64,000 nt of DNA, from NCBI GenBank assembly GCA_963769885.1, contig CAVYNH010000006.1:608001-672000 (forward strand), given 5' to 3'. The position numbers and the translations under genes were made by a program. The notes beneath the pieces were generated by a model. That model was not told where the DNA came from. It saw nothing but the letters and a program-made list of their open reading frames with translations, and did no database searches. This DNA is from Methanobacteriota archaeon. GTDB taxonomy: Archaea > Thermoplasmatota > E2 > DHVEG-1. Positions 1 to 9,897 of the stretch are shown here, piece by piece (positions within the stretch are counted from its first letter, which is position 1; each line of letters begins with the position of its first letter).

Positions 1-328
1 TGAGGTGGCAGTCGAAGTAGAGGTAGTCGCTGATTTCTGGGACGAGGTAGGATTCGGTGGTGTAGACTTTGAAGACGTCGCGTGTTTTGGTGTAGTCGCT
101 GAAGCTGCGGTAGGGTTCGGGGTCGCCGATGTCGGTGATTTTGCTGAGTTTGGGGTGGGTGTCGCGTTGTTGTATCCAGGCTTTGTGGAGGGCGGCGCGG
201 GCGGCTTCGGTTTTGTTGTCTGGGGCGTAGGCGAGGAAGTAGGGGCGGTGGAGGTCGCGGAGTGGTCGGGGTGGCGTGTTCTGGTAGTAGAGGAATTCTG
301 GGGATGCCCCGAGGAGAAGATCTGTCAT
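1..328 (-). CDS. 5' part of a family B DNA polymerase/exonuclease-like protein (runs off the window; not in the ORF track)
   Basis: Manual translation from the ATG at 328 gives MTDLLLGASPEFLYYQNTPPRPLRDLHRPYFLAYAP...RDVFKVYTTESYLVPEISDYLYF. The RPYF and FKVY..(S)..VP motifs resemble the PolB N-terminal domain. An SD-like GGAGGT lies upstream. Confidence 0.5.
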   Translation of the reverse strand, partial: MTDLLLGASPEFLYYQNTPPRPLRDLHRPYFLAYAPDNKTEAARAALHKAWIQQRDTHPKLSKITDIGDPEPYRSFSDYTKTRDVFKVYTTESYLVPEISDYLYFDCHL

Positions 329-442
329 GGTGTCGTTTTTACCTCCCTGAAAGTGGTGTGGGGTAATGTGTTGTATCTACTTAAACCTTCGAAGGGGGGG
401 TTTATTAAGGTGGATGTGGGTCAGTGGTGCGGTGTTGGTTTT

Positions 443-1447
443 ATGGTGACGCAGGTGGCGTTTTCGACGGCGTTTGATGCGCATGATACGGCGGATCATC
501 CGGAGAATGCGGATCGGACGGCGGTGATGATGGATGAGTTGTCGTCGTCGCCGTTGTCCTCGTTTGTTTTGATGGTGGCGCCGGAGATTTTGCCGGAGTG
601 GCTGTTGTATGAGGTGCATTCCGCGGAGATGGTTGAGCGGGTGAAGGAGGCGAGTGTGGAGGGGAGCTGGATTGATTTGGATACGTATGTGTCGAAGGGG
701 GATGATGTGACGGCCAGGCTTGCGGCTGGGGCGGTCTTAGCCTTGTGTGAAAATGTGGTGGGTGGTCGGGCGTCGAATGGTTATGGGGTGGTGCGGCCGC
801 CGGGGCATCATGCGTCGGGGGAGCGGTCGATGGGGTTCTGTTTGTTCAACAATGCGGCGTTGGCGGCGCATGCGCTGTCAAAGCGGGGGAAGCGGGTGTT
901 GTTGTTTGATCATGATGTGCATCATGGGAATGGAACGGAGTCGATTTTCTACCGCCGCCGTGATGTCATGTATATGTCGTTTCATCTGTCGCCGCATTAT
1001 CCGGGGACGGGGAGCGTGCAGGAGGTCGGGGAGGGGGCGGGCTGTGGGTATACGGTGAATGCGCCGTTGGGGTTCGGGATGGGGGACGAGGCTGTGCGGC
1101 GGTTGTTCGACGAGGTGTTCATCCCGGTGGCGCGGCAGTTCAAGCCGGACCTGATCATCGTGTCCGCTGGGTATGATTCGCATCACACGGATCCGCTGGG
1201 GGGTCTGCGGTTGACCGCGGGCTTCTTTGGGGAGATGATCCGGCGGTTGATGGAGGTGCAGCCGCGTCTGGTCTGCACGTTGGAAGGAGGGTATAACTTG
1301 GCGTGGATCGGGCGGTGTTTCCTGTCGCAGCTCGGGGTGCTGACGGGTCGTCCTCAGGTGTTTGAAGACGAGGCTGTTGGCACGGGTAACGTGAAGCCTT
1401 TGATCAGGGATATAAAAAATGCGTTGTCGCCGTATTGGCGGGTTTAG
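443..1447 (+). CDS. Histone deacetylase (HDAC/AcuC/AphA) family protein
   Basis: Motifs HPE, RPPGHHA, GFCLFNN, DHDVHHGNGT, SAGYDSH, LEGGY. True start MVTQVAF at 443. Confidence 0.95.
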   Translation: MVTQVAFSTAFDAHDTADHPENADRTAVMMDELSSSPLSSFVLMVAPEILPEWLLYEVHSAEMVERVKEASVEGSWIDLDTYVSKGDDVTARLAAGAVLALCENVVGGRASNGYGVVRPPGHHASGERSMGFCLFNNAALAAHALSKRGKRVLLFDHDVHHGNGTESIFYRRRDVMYMSFHLSPHYPGTGSVQEVGEGAGCGYTVNAPLGFGMGDEAVRRLFDEVFIPVARQFKPDLIIVSAGYDSHHTDPLGGLRLTAGFFGEMIRRLMEVQPRLVCTLEGGYNLAWIGRCFLSQLGVLTGRPQVFEDEAVGTGNVKPLIRDIKNALSPYWRV

Positions 1448-1743
1448 TCAAAGATCATGCCCATACCGGTGGCGGCTTCGTTTTCTTCCTGCTTGATTTT
1501 ATCGTTGATTTCTTTTGCTTTTTTTTCAGGGACAGTGGCGAAGCCGAGTTCTTTGGCGACTGCTTCTGCGTGTTTGACGCCTTCGGGGCTTCCTTCGATT
1601 TGAACGTATGTAACGTCTTCTTTGATGCCGAGTGCTTTGGCGTCGCGGATCACGATGCTTTGGCGGCTAGTCATGTCGTCTTTGAGCAGGTCCTGGATTT
1701 TCGCGGTATCCGGGGTTTTGACTTCGAAGATGACGAACGGCAT
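1444..1743 (-). CDS. Hypothetical protein (99 aa)
   Basis: Clean ORF with natural composition, co-oriented downstream of coaD. Confidence 0.75.
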   Translation of the reverse strand: MPFVIFEVKTPDTAKIQDLLKDDMTSRQSIVIRDAKALGIKEDVTYVQIEGSPEGVKHAEAVAKELGFATVPEKKAKEINDKIKQEENEAATGMGMIFD

Positions 1744-1786
1744 GGTGTCTCACTGTCCTGTGGGCATACCGTTCCGATATTTAAAA

Positions 1787-2248
1787 TTACCCATGACGGG
1801 CAGGGGTTCCGTCGGGATGGATTTCGTGATGTCGGATCCGGGTGGAGCTGATCGGCCGGCCGTCCGCGGCGAGGACGAAAGGGATTTCAACGATTCGGAG
1901 GGGTGGTTTTCCGTGCTGCTGCCGAAGCCTGTTGATGTGCTCCGCCGTGGTGCGGGTGTCCGGGGAGACGACGATGGCGTCGAGGTCTGCATCGACAGCA
2001 GGACCATACGCGTCAGTCAGAGGGACCATAGTCACTGAGACGTCGGTCCCCTGCTCCTCGATGAACGCGGTGAGCCGGGCGACCCGCTCATGGTAGGGGG
2101 CAGGCGTGCCTTTGCCCGCGATGAACTCGTCCGTCGTGACGCCGATGAGGAGGCTCCCGGCGGAGCCGGCTAGCTGCAGCGCGGTGCGAAGCAGCCGCTG
2201 ATGACCCGCATGGAAGAAGTCAAAGGTGCCCCCGAGGCAGACGCGCAT
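1787..2248 (-). CDS. coaD: Phosphopantetheine adenylyltransferase (archaeal type)
   Basis: GGTFDFFHAGH (HxGH), IVVSPDT, ISSTRIR motifs. Confidence 0.92.
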   Translation of the reverse strand: MRVCLGGTFDFFHAGHQRLLRTALQLAGSAGSLLIGVTTDEFIAGKGTPAPYHERVARLTAFIEEQGTDVSVTMVPLTDAYGPAVDADLDAIVVSPDTRTTAEHINRLRQQHGKPPLRIVEIPFVLAADGRPISSTRIRHHEIHPDGTPARHG

Positions 2249-2335
2249 CGAAATTCTCCTCCGGCATTCACCAGCCTGCTAATAAGGTTGGCGCCGCCCC
2301 CCTGTTTGGTCTGAAGAAAACTATTTAATTCGACT

Positions 2336-4465
2336 ATGGGATATCAGCCTTGGATGGGACCTATGCACACACAACGCTTCGTTATCGTTTTACTCCTGGG
2401 GCTATTGCTCGTACAAAGCATCGCCACGCTCGTCCAGGAACCTCTCCGGGCCGCCAGCCGAGAGATCTATGTGGATGACACGTTACACTTGGACCAGGAC
2501 GGGACCGCCGAGCATCCCTACCGCTTCATCAGAGACGCCATCGCGGCTGCCAACGACGGGGACACGATCTACCTCTTCGGCGGCGTCTACAACGAAAGCA
2601 TCACCGTCACCAAACACGTCTCCCTCATCGGCAGTATCGACGAAGGCATTACAATCATCGACTACACCTACCCCCACGACTACACCGTCAGCATCGAGAC
2701 CAACTTCGCAAGCCTGGAGAACATCACGGTCAGAGACAGCCTCAACTACCTCACCAACCCCAACGACGCCCTGATCCGCGTCGCCGCCCACAGCGTCATC
2801 CTCCAGAAAAACACCTGCAACCAGTCCACCTGCTGGGGCATCCTCCTGGACCACGCCGGCGACAACACCATCGTCGGCAACACCGTCAACATCACCAAAG
2901 GCATCTCCGTCCAATACTCAGACAACAACGTCTTCTCCGACAACATCCTCCTCAACGCGACCAATACCGGCATCACAATCCTCAACTCAAACCACAACAT
3001 CCTCTTCAACAACCGGTTCGAGAACTGCAGCTACGGCATCTACACCCGCACCACCCAATACTCGAACATCAGCAACAACACCCTGATAAACATCAGCCTC
3101 GACGGCATCTACCTCAACCAAGACCAGGGGTCCCTCCTGAAGAACAACACGATTATGCACACCACCATTGGAATGCGACTCACCTCGACGGGCGCCACTA
3201 TCAAATGGAACACCCTTGACAAAAACCAGATGGGCATGTCCCTGACCCTCACCGACAGCCTCGTCATCGGCAACCGAGTCAAGAACTCCAGCTCCACCGG
3301 CATGGCGGTCGACGTCTGGAGCCACGGCAACCTCTTCACCGAGAACCACCTCAACAACAACACCCCCAACGCCCGAGACGATGGAGGCAACGCCTGGAAC
3401 AACGACAGCCACGGCAACTACTGGGGTGACTACAACAACATCGACCTCAACCACGACACCATCGGCGACGTCCCCTACCGTTTCACCACTGGCCGAGATG
3501 AGTTCCCGCTCGGCGACTTCCTCAAAGCCCCACAGAAACCCTGCCGCCCCTCCCCCGCGGACGACAAAGAAAACATCGGCCTGAAAGTCACCCTCTACGT
3601 CCACGTCAACGACACCGACAGCCCCTTCCTCACCGTCAGCTTCTTTAACGCGGCGAACGACCAGAAACTCGGAACCGCCCGCTACGTGAGGAACAATACC
3701 AACGCCTCCTGCTTATACATCCTACCATTCGACACCACCTTTGCCTGGTACGCAATCTCCAACGACTCCATGCAAGAAAACCGGTCGAACATCTGGTTCT
3801 TTACGACCCGCCAGCGCCCGCCATTGAACAAAAAACCGATCGCCGACCCCGGCGGACCGTACCGGGTGCGAAGGGACCAGCTCTTTGCCTTTGACGGGTC
3901 GGGCAGCTACGACCCCGATTCGAACGCGTCGCTCCTGTTCTATCGGTGGAACTTTGGGGACGGCACCAGCGAGATTCTCGCGAAAAACCCTGTGCATAAT
4001 TACACCAAAACCGGACTCTACACCGTGACCTTGACCGTCGTTGATGTGGACGGCCGTAGCAACTTCTCTACGACAACGGTGACCGTAGCCGGCAACCTGT
4101 CTGAAAACCTGCCACCAGTTGCGGTCATCGCAGCGGTCCCTCACTTCTTGACGAACCAACTGGTGCTGTTCAACGCCTCCGGCAGCTACGACACTGATGG
4201 GACGGTTGTCGCCTACCACTGGGATTTCAATGGGGACGGCGTCTATGAGACTGACTGGAACTCTGCTCCCTACGGGTCGTATGTGTTTTCGAAAGCCGGC
4301 AGCTATACTGTCGTCCTTCAGGTCAAAGATGACACGGGGACGGTGACGACGGCGAACGCAGCGGCGGTAGTCGCGGCGCCGCCGAAGAAGACCCCGGGAT
4401 TTGAGGTCGCGGGGGTGCTAGCGGCGACCGCGGTTGCCTTGGTGTTGCTTCGAAAAAGGAAATAG
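2336..4465 (+). CDS. Cell-surface protein: NosD/parallel beta-helix + PKD domains + PGF-CTERM
   Basis: Signal peptide, IYVDD...HPY, Asn-rich beta-helix, GNYWGDY, two PKD-like repeats (FDGSGSYDPD, WNFGDG) and C-terminal TPGFE-TM-RKRK. The start may be 2354 or 2363. Confidence 0.9.
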   Translation: MGYQPWMGPMHTQRFVIVLLLGLLLVQSIATLVQEPLRAASREIYVDDTLHLDQDGTAEHPYRFIRDAIAAANDGDTIYLFGGVYNESITVTKHVSLIGSIDEGITIIDYTYPHDYTVSIETNFASLENITVRDSLNYLTNPNDALIRVAAHSVILQKNTCNQSTCWGILLDHAGDNTIVGNTVNITKGISVQYSDNNVFSDNILLNATNTGITILNSNHNILFNNRFENCSYGIYTRTTQYSNISNNTLINISLDGIYLNQDQGSLLKNNTIMHTTIGMRLTSTGATIKWNTLDKNQMGMSLTLTDSLVIGNRVKNSSSTGMAVDVWSHGNLFTENHLNNNTPNARDDGGNAWNNDSHGNYWGDYNNIDLNHDTIGDVPYRFTTGRDEFPLGDFLKAPQKPCRPSPADDKENIGLKVTLYVHVNDTDSPFLTVSFFNAANDQKLGTARYVRNNTNASCLYILPFDTTFAWYAISNDSMQENRSNIWFFTTRQRPPLNKKPIADPGGPYRVRRDQLFAFDGSGSYDPDSNASLLFYRWNFGDGTSEILAKNPVHNYTKTGLYTVTLTVVDVDGRSNFSTTTVTVAGNLSENLPPVAVIAAVPHFLTNQLVLFNASGSYDTDGTVVAYHWDFNGDGVYETDWNSAPYGSYVFSKAGSYTVVLQVKDDTGTVTTANAAAVVAAPPKKTPGFEVAGVLAATAVALVLLRKRK

Positions 4466-4517
4466 GCGTCGAATAAGGTATTTATAGGTCGGAGGTCAGC
4501 CTCTCGTGTAGAGATAC

Positions 4518-5135
4518 ATGAGAGATCGTGTGCTGTCCTCTGTCCTGCTCCTTGCTGGCGTGGCCGGGGTCCTCGTTCCTGTGACGTTGTTCCTCGGCGT
4601 CGTGTTCGCGCTGCAGGCTGCCCCGTGGTTTTCGTGGACGGTGAACGCGATCAGCGATCTGGGTATCGCCCCTGGCTCCTGCCTGCTTTTTAACGGGACG
4701 ATGGTCTGTACCGGTGTGCTTCTGTTCCTGTTTTCCATAGGTATCCGATTGCGGGTTTCTCGGATTGGGGGGATGATATTGGGTCTTGCCGCCGTCCTGC
4801 TTGTTGGGGTCGGGTTCGTTCCTGAGTCGATCTATTGGGTTCACTGGCTGATTTCAGTGTCGTTCTTCCTTCTGCTCGTTGGTGTTTTTCTTTTCCTCTG
4901 GTTCCATCCCTCCGTCGGAGATCAGGTGTTCGTGAAAAGCTCGCGGGGGGTGTCCTGTATCGCCCTGGTCGCGACCGGGTGGTTCTGGTTGTTCCCTGGC
5001 GCCGCCATCCCCGAGATCTGCGTGTTAGCCCCTGCCTTCCTCTGGTGCGCGGGCGTTGGTGCCAAGACCTTTATCTTGCCGGCCCTGTCTGAGAAGAGGA
5101 CCCGTAGGCACAAAACGCCGGCTGTCAGCGGCTGA
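4518..5135 (+). CDS. DUF998-like membrane protein
   Basis: PWFSWTVNAISDLG and GFVPE..HW motifs, multiple TM helices. Confidence 0.75.
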   Translation: MRDRVLSSVLLLAGVAGVLVPVTLFLGVVFALQAAPWFSWTVNAISDLGIAPGSCLLFNGTMVCTGVLLFLFSIGIRLRVSRIGGMILGLAAVLLVGVGFVPESIYWVHWLISVSFFLLLVGVFLFLWFHPSVGDQVFVKSSRGVSCIALVATGWFWLFPGAAIPEICVLAPAFLWCAGVGAKTFILPALSEKRTRRHKTPAVSG

Positions 5136-5301
5136 ACAATCAACCGCAGGCTTGACTGGTTTTCGGGTGGTCGGGAACGTTGCAATGCAATCGATTCCGA
5201 CCAGGAAGCTAGGATAGAATGAAGTTAATCAAGCATAACTCCCAGGACAATGGGTAGGGATGACCTGCATTCTACCCTTCTCTTTTTACCTGCTTCTGTA
5301 G

Positions 5302-6063
5302 CTAGAAGAGGACCCGCAGGCACAGCACGCCCGCAATCACCGGCTGGTGAATAAGATAAATCGAGAGGGTATGCCGTCCGCACCAGGAGCAGAACTTCGC
5401 AGGACTGGAGCCTGACAGCTCCGGGATTCTGAACTGCCTGGTATTGTTCTTATACAGCAGACTGCCGATAGCGACGCCCAGCATCGTGACCCCAAACCAG
5501 GGGAGCAGTGGGAAGTAGTCAATGGTATGTCTCATGACGTCCGCTTGGTGCAGGCCGACCATCAATTGAAGGTAGTTCGGTGCCAGGACGGTGATGTTTC
5601 CCAGAACGATGCCCGCGGCGATGCAGGGCAGCGCCACGAGGATCGCCTTCTCCCGCAGCCACAGCAGCGGGATGCTCAGCAGGATGGAGCAGCCGATGCA
5701 GTGCAGCACGCCGAAGAAGATCGGCCGGTCCGGCATGACCACGAGGGTCGCCAGGGAGAGGGCCATCCCCAAGCCAAGGATGTACAACCCGCGGGTCGCC
5801 ATCTTCCAGGTCTTCTTCCGACGCTGTTCGGCCGTGAGATCCCCGGTGTTGGCCTTCAGCGACTGGCAGACGCCGACGATGGAGAAGAAGAGGACTTGGA
5901 CGATTACGTTGGACTGGTAGAATCCGGTATTGAGCTTCAGGATGCCGAAATAATCCAGGTCCCACATGAGATGCAACAGGATCATGAACATGAGGGCGAA
6001 CCCTCGGAGGACGTCAAGCTCGATGAAGCGGGTTGACGACGGCTTCGTGATCTTCCAGGGCAC
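5302..6063 (-). CDS. DUF1624 / heparan-alpha-glucosaminide N-acetyltransferase-like membrane protein
   Basis: RFIELDVLRGFALMFMILLH, IFFGVLHCIG, DYFPLLPWFG, GRHTLSIYLIHQP motifs. Confidence 0.88.
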   Translation of the reverse strand: MPWKITKPSSTRFIELDVLRGFALMFMILLHLMWDLDYFGILKLNTGFYQSNVIVQVLFFSIVGVCQSLKANTGDLTAEQRRKKTWKMATRGLYILGLGMALSLATLVVMPDRPIFFGVLHCIGCSILLSIPLLWLREKAILVALPCIAAGIVLGNITVLAPNYLQLMVGLHQADVMRHTIDYFPLLPWFGVTMLGVAIGSLLYKNNTRQFRIPELSGSSPAKFCSWCGRHTLSIYLIHQPVIAGVLCLRVLF

Positions 6064-6230
6064 GGTGCTCTTCTCACCTCTCCAAAGGCTGTTGCCTGTT
6101 AACTTGTGTCATTGAGGGTATTTAAGCATGCCCTGACAGAATCACAGAACGACCACAACACCGTCCTCTAGCACTTACTCAAAAAACAGAGAATAGATCC
6201 TTAGATACCAGGGAAGAAAAAAAGGATGAG

Positions 6231-6620
6231 TTAGGGATGAGGCGTCCGGGGCTTCTCCTCAAGCGTCCGCAGCGTCTCGTCAATCTCCAGATGGAGCTCC
6301 TCGTCGCACAACGCCTTCCCGAGGGTCGTCATCGGCTCTTCCATCTCGGGTGCCGGCTGGGGAGGATCAGCAAGACTGCAGTCCGAGGGCAGCCCGGAGA
6401 CGTGGAGCGCCGCGGCCTTCCACTCGGCCGCCTCCTTCTTCAGATGCTCGATGTACTCCTGCAGGTACGGTTGGTTCGCGGTGCCGGACGACAGCATCTG
6501 CCGCTGCAGAGCGTCCTGCACGGCCTTGGTGATGTACTCCGTTCGATTATCACAGACTGAATCCACCTGTTGCATCAACGGTATCGGTAACCGAAAATTA
6601 TACAACTTCTTTGTTGTCAT
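6231..6620 (-). CDS. Ribbon-helix-helix (CopG-like) DNA-binding protein with C-terminal extension
   Basis: MTTKKLYNFRLPIPLMQQVDSVCDNRTEYITKAVQDAL fits the RHH beta-alpha-alpha pattern. Confidence 0.7.
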   Translation of the reverse strand: MTTKKLYNFRLPIPLMQQVDSVCDNRTEYITKAVQDALQRQMLSSGTANQPYLQEYIEHLKKEAAEWKAAALHVSGLPSDCSLADPPQPAPEMEEPMTTLGKALCDEELHLEIDETLRTLEEKPRTPHP

Positions 6621-6896
6621 CCAGCATCCCAATCCGAGCCAACGGAATCCCCTCAAACCTTATAAAGACATCGGTGAACTACGCCCGCTCCCTCCCCCCG
6701 CATAAAGGAAGAATATCCTCTTGTGCGGGAACCGGGAGTAAAGCTGTTTTCGCACCAAAACCCTAAATATCAATCAACAGGAATATTTAAATAAAAATTC
6801 AAGCATTCTTACTATAGAAGGGAAGGTTTTCTCCAAGTGACGTCGACACAACACCGTCGACTCTCAGCAACATCCCTTACCGGAGGTACCACCAAC

Positions 6897-8675
6897 ATGA
6901 AGAAAATACTAGGAATTTGTATCGTAGGCCTATTCATCCTAGGCGCGGTCGTCGTACCAGCTAATGGACCTACCACGCCGACAGCCAACCAATCACAACA
7001 AAATCGGGTATTCACCCACAAGGTTCTCGTAGAAGACGGAACCAGAGTATCATGCCCCTACTGCCCCTACGCCCGTCAAGCCCTCAGCTGGCTCTACAAC
7101 AACGGGAACTACCCCTTCTACTACATCTGCCTCGTCTTCTCGTATGGAAGCCCCCCCGTGGGCAATACTCATGCGTCGCAACGCTGCAGCGAATACAATC
7201 TCTATGGAGCTCCCACCGCCTATTTCGATGGAGGATACAAAGTCTCCGTCGGAGCAGGCTCGGAGCCCTCTGCTGAATCAGGATACCGCACCTACCTCAA
7301 CCAAAGCGGCGCCAGGGTTCCCGCCAACGTCGACATCCAACTCACCGTTAACTGGCTGGGTTCTGCGACTATGGACATCACCGCAAAAGTCTGGAACAAC
7401 GACACCACCCCCTACACGGGGCACATCCGCGTCTACGTCTGCGAAGATCTGTCCACTCTCGGCTGGGTCGACACCCAAAGCCACCCCTTCACCATGGCCT
7501 TCCTCGACTACGCCCAAAACCAGGACCTCAACATCCCAGTCAGCGGCACCTGGACGAACACCAACACGTGGATCGGCGCGAACCACAACGACGGCAACGG
7601 CCATACCTTTGGGTCCATCCAGAGCGGCAACATCATGGTCATCGGCGCCCTCTTCAATCCTGAACAACACACGGGCTACTCCTACCCACCCAGCGGATAC
7701 CCCTTCAACGCCTACTACGTCGATGACGCCACCGCCGTCCAAGTCGGCACTTATGTCAACACCCCCCCAGGCACCCCCAGCAACCCGAATCCAGCCAACG
7801 GCTCCACCAATGTCCTGATTAACACACAACTTAGCTGCACCTGCACGAACACCGACCACGACTTCACGAAATACAATATCTACTTCGGAACCACCAACCC
7901 ACCACCATTCAAGGCACAGCAAACCACACTGACCTACAGCCCAGGGACCTTGCTACACAACACCACCTATTATTGGAAAGTCGCCGCAACCGACGAATGG
8001 GGAGCGACCACTGCGGGCCCCGTCTGGTCCTTCACGACGATACCCAACCGCCCACCCAACGCCCCCTCCAGTCCCAACCCCGCGAACGGCGCTACCAATG
8101 TCCCCATCAACAAAGACCTCAGCTGGACCTGCAGCGACCCTGACGGCGAGACACTCTACTACGACGTCTACTTCGGAACCACCAATCCACCGCCGCGCCG
8201 CTCCACACATCAAACTACCACCACCTGGGATACCGGCAACATGGACTTCGAAACCACCTACTACTGGAAGATCGTCGCCTCGGATAACGACTTGAACACC
8301 TCAAGTCCCGTCTGGTCGTTTACCACCGGCGCCATCCCCGATACGACTCCACCGACAGTGAGAATCCTAAAGCCACTCAACGGCTACCTCTACTTTAACG
8401 ACAACGACGGCTTCTCACGCATCCTCTTTACTACCACACTTATCATCAAGAAAATTACGATCACTGTCAACGCCACCGATTACGGCAGCGGTATCGGGAA
8501 GATCCAGTTCTTCATCGACGATAAGATTGTAGGCAATGCGACCAGCGAACCTTACCAATATGTCTGGGACATAAGCGGAGGATTCCTACCCAAGCCGCAC
8601 GTCATCAAAGTCACCGCCTATGACCAGGCCAGCAACCTAGCTAATGCGACGATCTCCGTGAAGAAGATGCTCTAA
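6897..8675 (+). CDS. Secreted protein with Omp28/thioredoxin-like CxxC domain, Fn3-like repeats and Ig-like C-terminus
   Basis: SD GGAGGT then MKKILGICIV signal peptide; VLVEDGTRVSCPYCP; two repeats of PSNPNPANG..YFGTTNPPP..TTYYWKV. Confidence 0.85.
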   Translation: MKKILGICIVGLFILGAVVVPANGPTTPTANQSQQNRVFTHKVLVEDGTRVSCPYCPYARQALSWLYNNGNYPFYYICLVFSYGSPPVGNTHASQRCSEYNLYGAPTAYFDGGYKVSVGAGSEPSAESGYRTYLNQSGARVPANVDIQLTVNWLGSATMDITAKVWNNDTTPYTGHIRVYVCEDLSTLGWVDTQSHPFTMAFLDYAQNQDLNIPVSGTWTNTNTWIGANHNDGNGHTFGSIQSGNIMVIGALFNPEQHTGYSYPPSGYPFNAYYVDDATAVQVGTYVNTPPGTPSNPNPANGSTNVLINTQLSCTCTNTDHDFTKYNIYFGTTNPPPFKAQQTTLTYSPGTLLHNTTYYWKVAATDEWGATTAGPVWSFTTIPNRPPNAPSSPNPANGATNVPINKDLSWTCSDPDGETLYYDVYFGTTNPPPRRSTHQTTTTWDTGNMDFETTYYWKIVASDNDLNTSSPVWSFTTGAIPDTTPPTVRILKPLNGYLYFNDNDGFSRILFTTTLIIKKITITVNATDYGSGIGKIQFFIDDKIVGNATSEPYQYVWDISGGFLPKPHVIKVTAYDQASNLANATISVKKML

Positions 8676-8688
8676 GTAGGCCTCCATC

Positions 8689-8728
8689 GGGGCATCCAGG
8701 ATGCCCCCCCCCTTCTATTTTTTTTATT
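8689..8728 (+). terminator. Inverted repeat plus T-tract, putative terminator
   Basis: GGGGCATCC-A-GGATGCCCC followed by a long T run just after the stop codon at 8675. Confidence 0.65.
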
Positions 8729-8886
8729 AAAAAGAAATTATCTTAATATGCCCATGCCATCCCTTGCTCGTATTTTCATACAATTTCTTTCCCTGTTCCG
8801 GTTTTTTTTGCTGTTTGAATATTTTCTGTAATAAAGAAGAGTCGAGATTGGATTCCGAGCCTTACTAAAGCATCACAGATGATGAA

Positions 8887-9006
8887 TCATAGGCCTCCTT
8901 CTTCGTAGTAGGATGTTGAACCGCAAGAGGTTCGATTTTTCCTTGCGTCCACCTGCTGCATCAGGGGTATCGGGAACCAAAAAATATATGGCTTCTCTGC
9001 CGTCAT
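8887..9006 (-). pseudogene. Truncated duplicate of the RHH gene 5' end
   Basis: MTAEKPYIFWFPIPLMQQVDARKNRT versus MTTKKLYNFRLPIPLMQQVDSVCDNRT; the upstream DNA (catcccaatcc on the + strand) is also shared. Confidence 0.7.
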
Positions 9007-9109
9007 CCCACATCCCAATCCAATCATCCGCAATCCAGCGATACTTAATAAAAAACCTCGTTGACGCCAATAATCTACGGAAGAAAAACAAGCGAGGGGG
9101 GACTCGTGG

Positions 9110-9712
9110 TCACGCCTTGGGTTTTTGCACCCACCAATCCCATTCTTGACTATGGAAATCCCAGCCGAAACGCTCAACCACCGCTCGGATGATGCCCGGG
9201 CATCCGGCAGTGAAGTCATGGCCTGCCAAGACACCGCCGGGAGCCACCTTCGGCCACCATAAGTCAATGTCTTCTAAGACATACTCATATTCATGATTTC
9301 CGTCAAGGTAGACAAAGTCTAATGGCTCCTGGATGACGGCGGCTGCTTCTTTGCTCGTCTGACGGAGGAACACGACCGACCTATGCTTCCGCTCCAGCTT
9401 CTTCAACTTGTTGACGCACCCTGAGAAATCCGATGGCTTCCCTTCCTGATCGACGTATGGCGTCAGCGGATCGACGAGGTAGTACTTCCCGAGGTTCAAC
9501 AATTTCAGGTTCGCCTGAGCGTTGAACCCGCCAGCCACGCCAACCTCCACCGCCGTCAAAGGATGATCTATCTTCAGATTTTTGACGAAGAGCGTGGCGG
9601 GGCGTGGGTCAAGGACGATAGGGGAGAACGAGCTCTGGTATTTGTGATATCCCATCAGCAGCTTTATCCCGATATCGATGGCCTGCAGAGGCTTCTTCTT
9701 TAAGGGAAGCAC
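9110..9712 (-). CDS. Class I SAM-dependent methyltransferase (Methyltransf_24-like)
   Basis: VEVGVAGG, DFVYLDGNHEYEYVLEDI..WWPKVAPGGVLAGHDF motifs. Confidence 0.88.
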   Translation of the reverse strand: MLPLKKKPLQAIDIGIKLLMGYHKYQSSFSPIVLDPRPATLFVKNLKIDHPLTAVEVGVAGGFNAQANLKLLNLGKYYLVDPLTPYVDQEGKPSDFSGCVNKLKKLERKHRSVVFLRQTSKEAAAVIQEPLDFVYLDGNHEYEYVLEDIDLWWPKVAPGGVLAGHDFTAGCPGIIRAVVERFGWDFHSQEWDWWVQKPKA

Positions 9713-9823
9713 GGAGCCGTACTCCTCGGATCAACTTTCTTCACAGTCTCTTGAAGGCACCTGCCCGGATTATGGATTTTCATCACTACGGAAATTCAGT
9801 GAGGGATTTTAACCTTACTTGTA

Positions 9824-9897
9824 AGCCGCTGGAGGGATTTGGACCCCCGGCCTGCTGATTACAAATCAGCCGCTCTTCCGGGCTAAGCTACAGCGGC
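9824..9897 (-). tRNA. tRNA-Thr(TGT)
   Basis: GCCGCTGTAGCTTAGCCCGGAAGAGCGGCTGATTTGTAATCAGCAGGCCGGGGGTCCAAATCCCTCCAGCGGCT forms a cloverleaf with anticodon TGT. Confidence 0.93.

Noticed and set aside
5-442. 146-aa N-terminal extension of the HDAC ORF in the track
   Set aside because: It is the antisense shadow of the minus-strand gene at 1-328 plus the divergent promoter. HDAC homology starts at 443.
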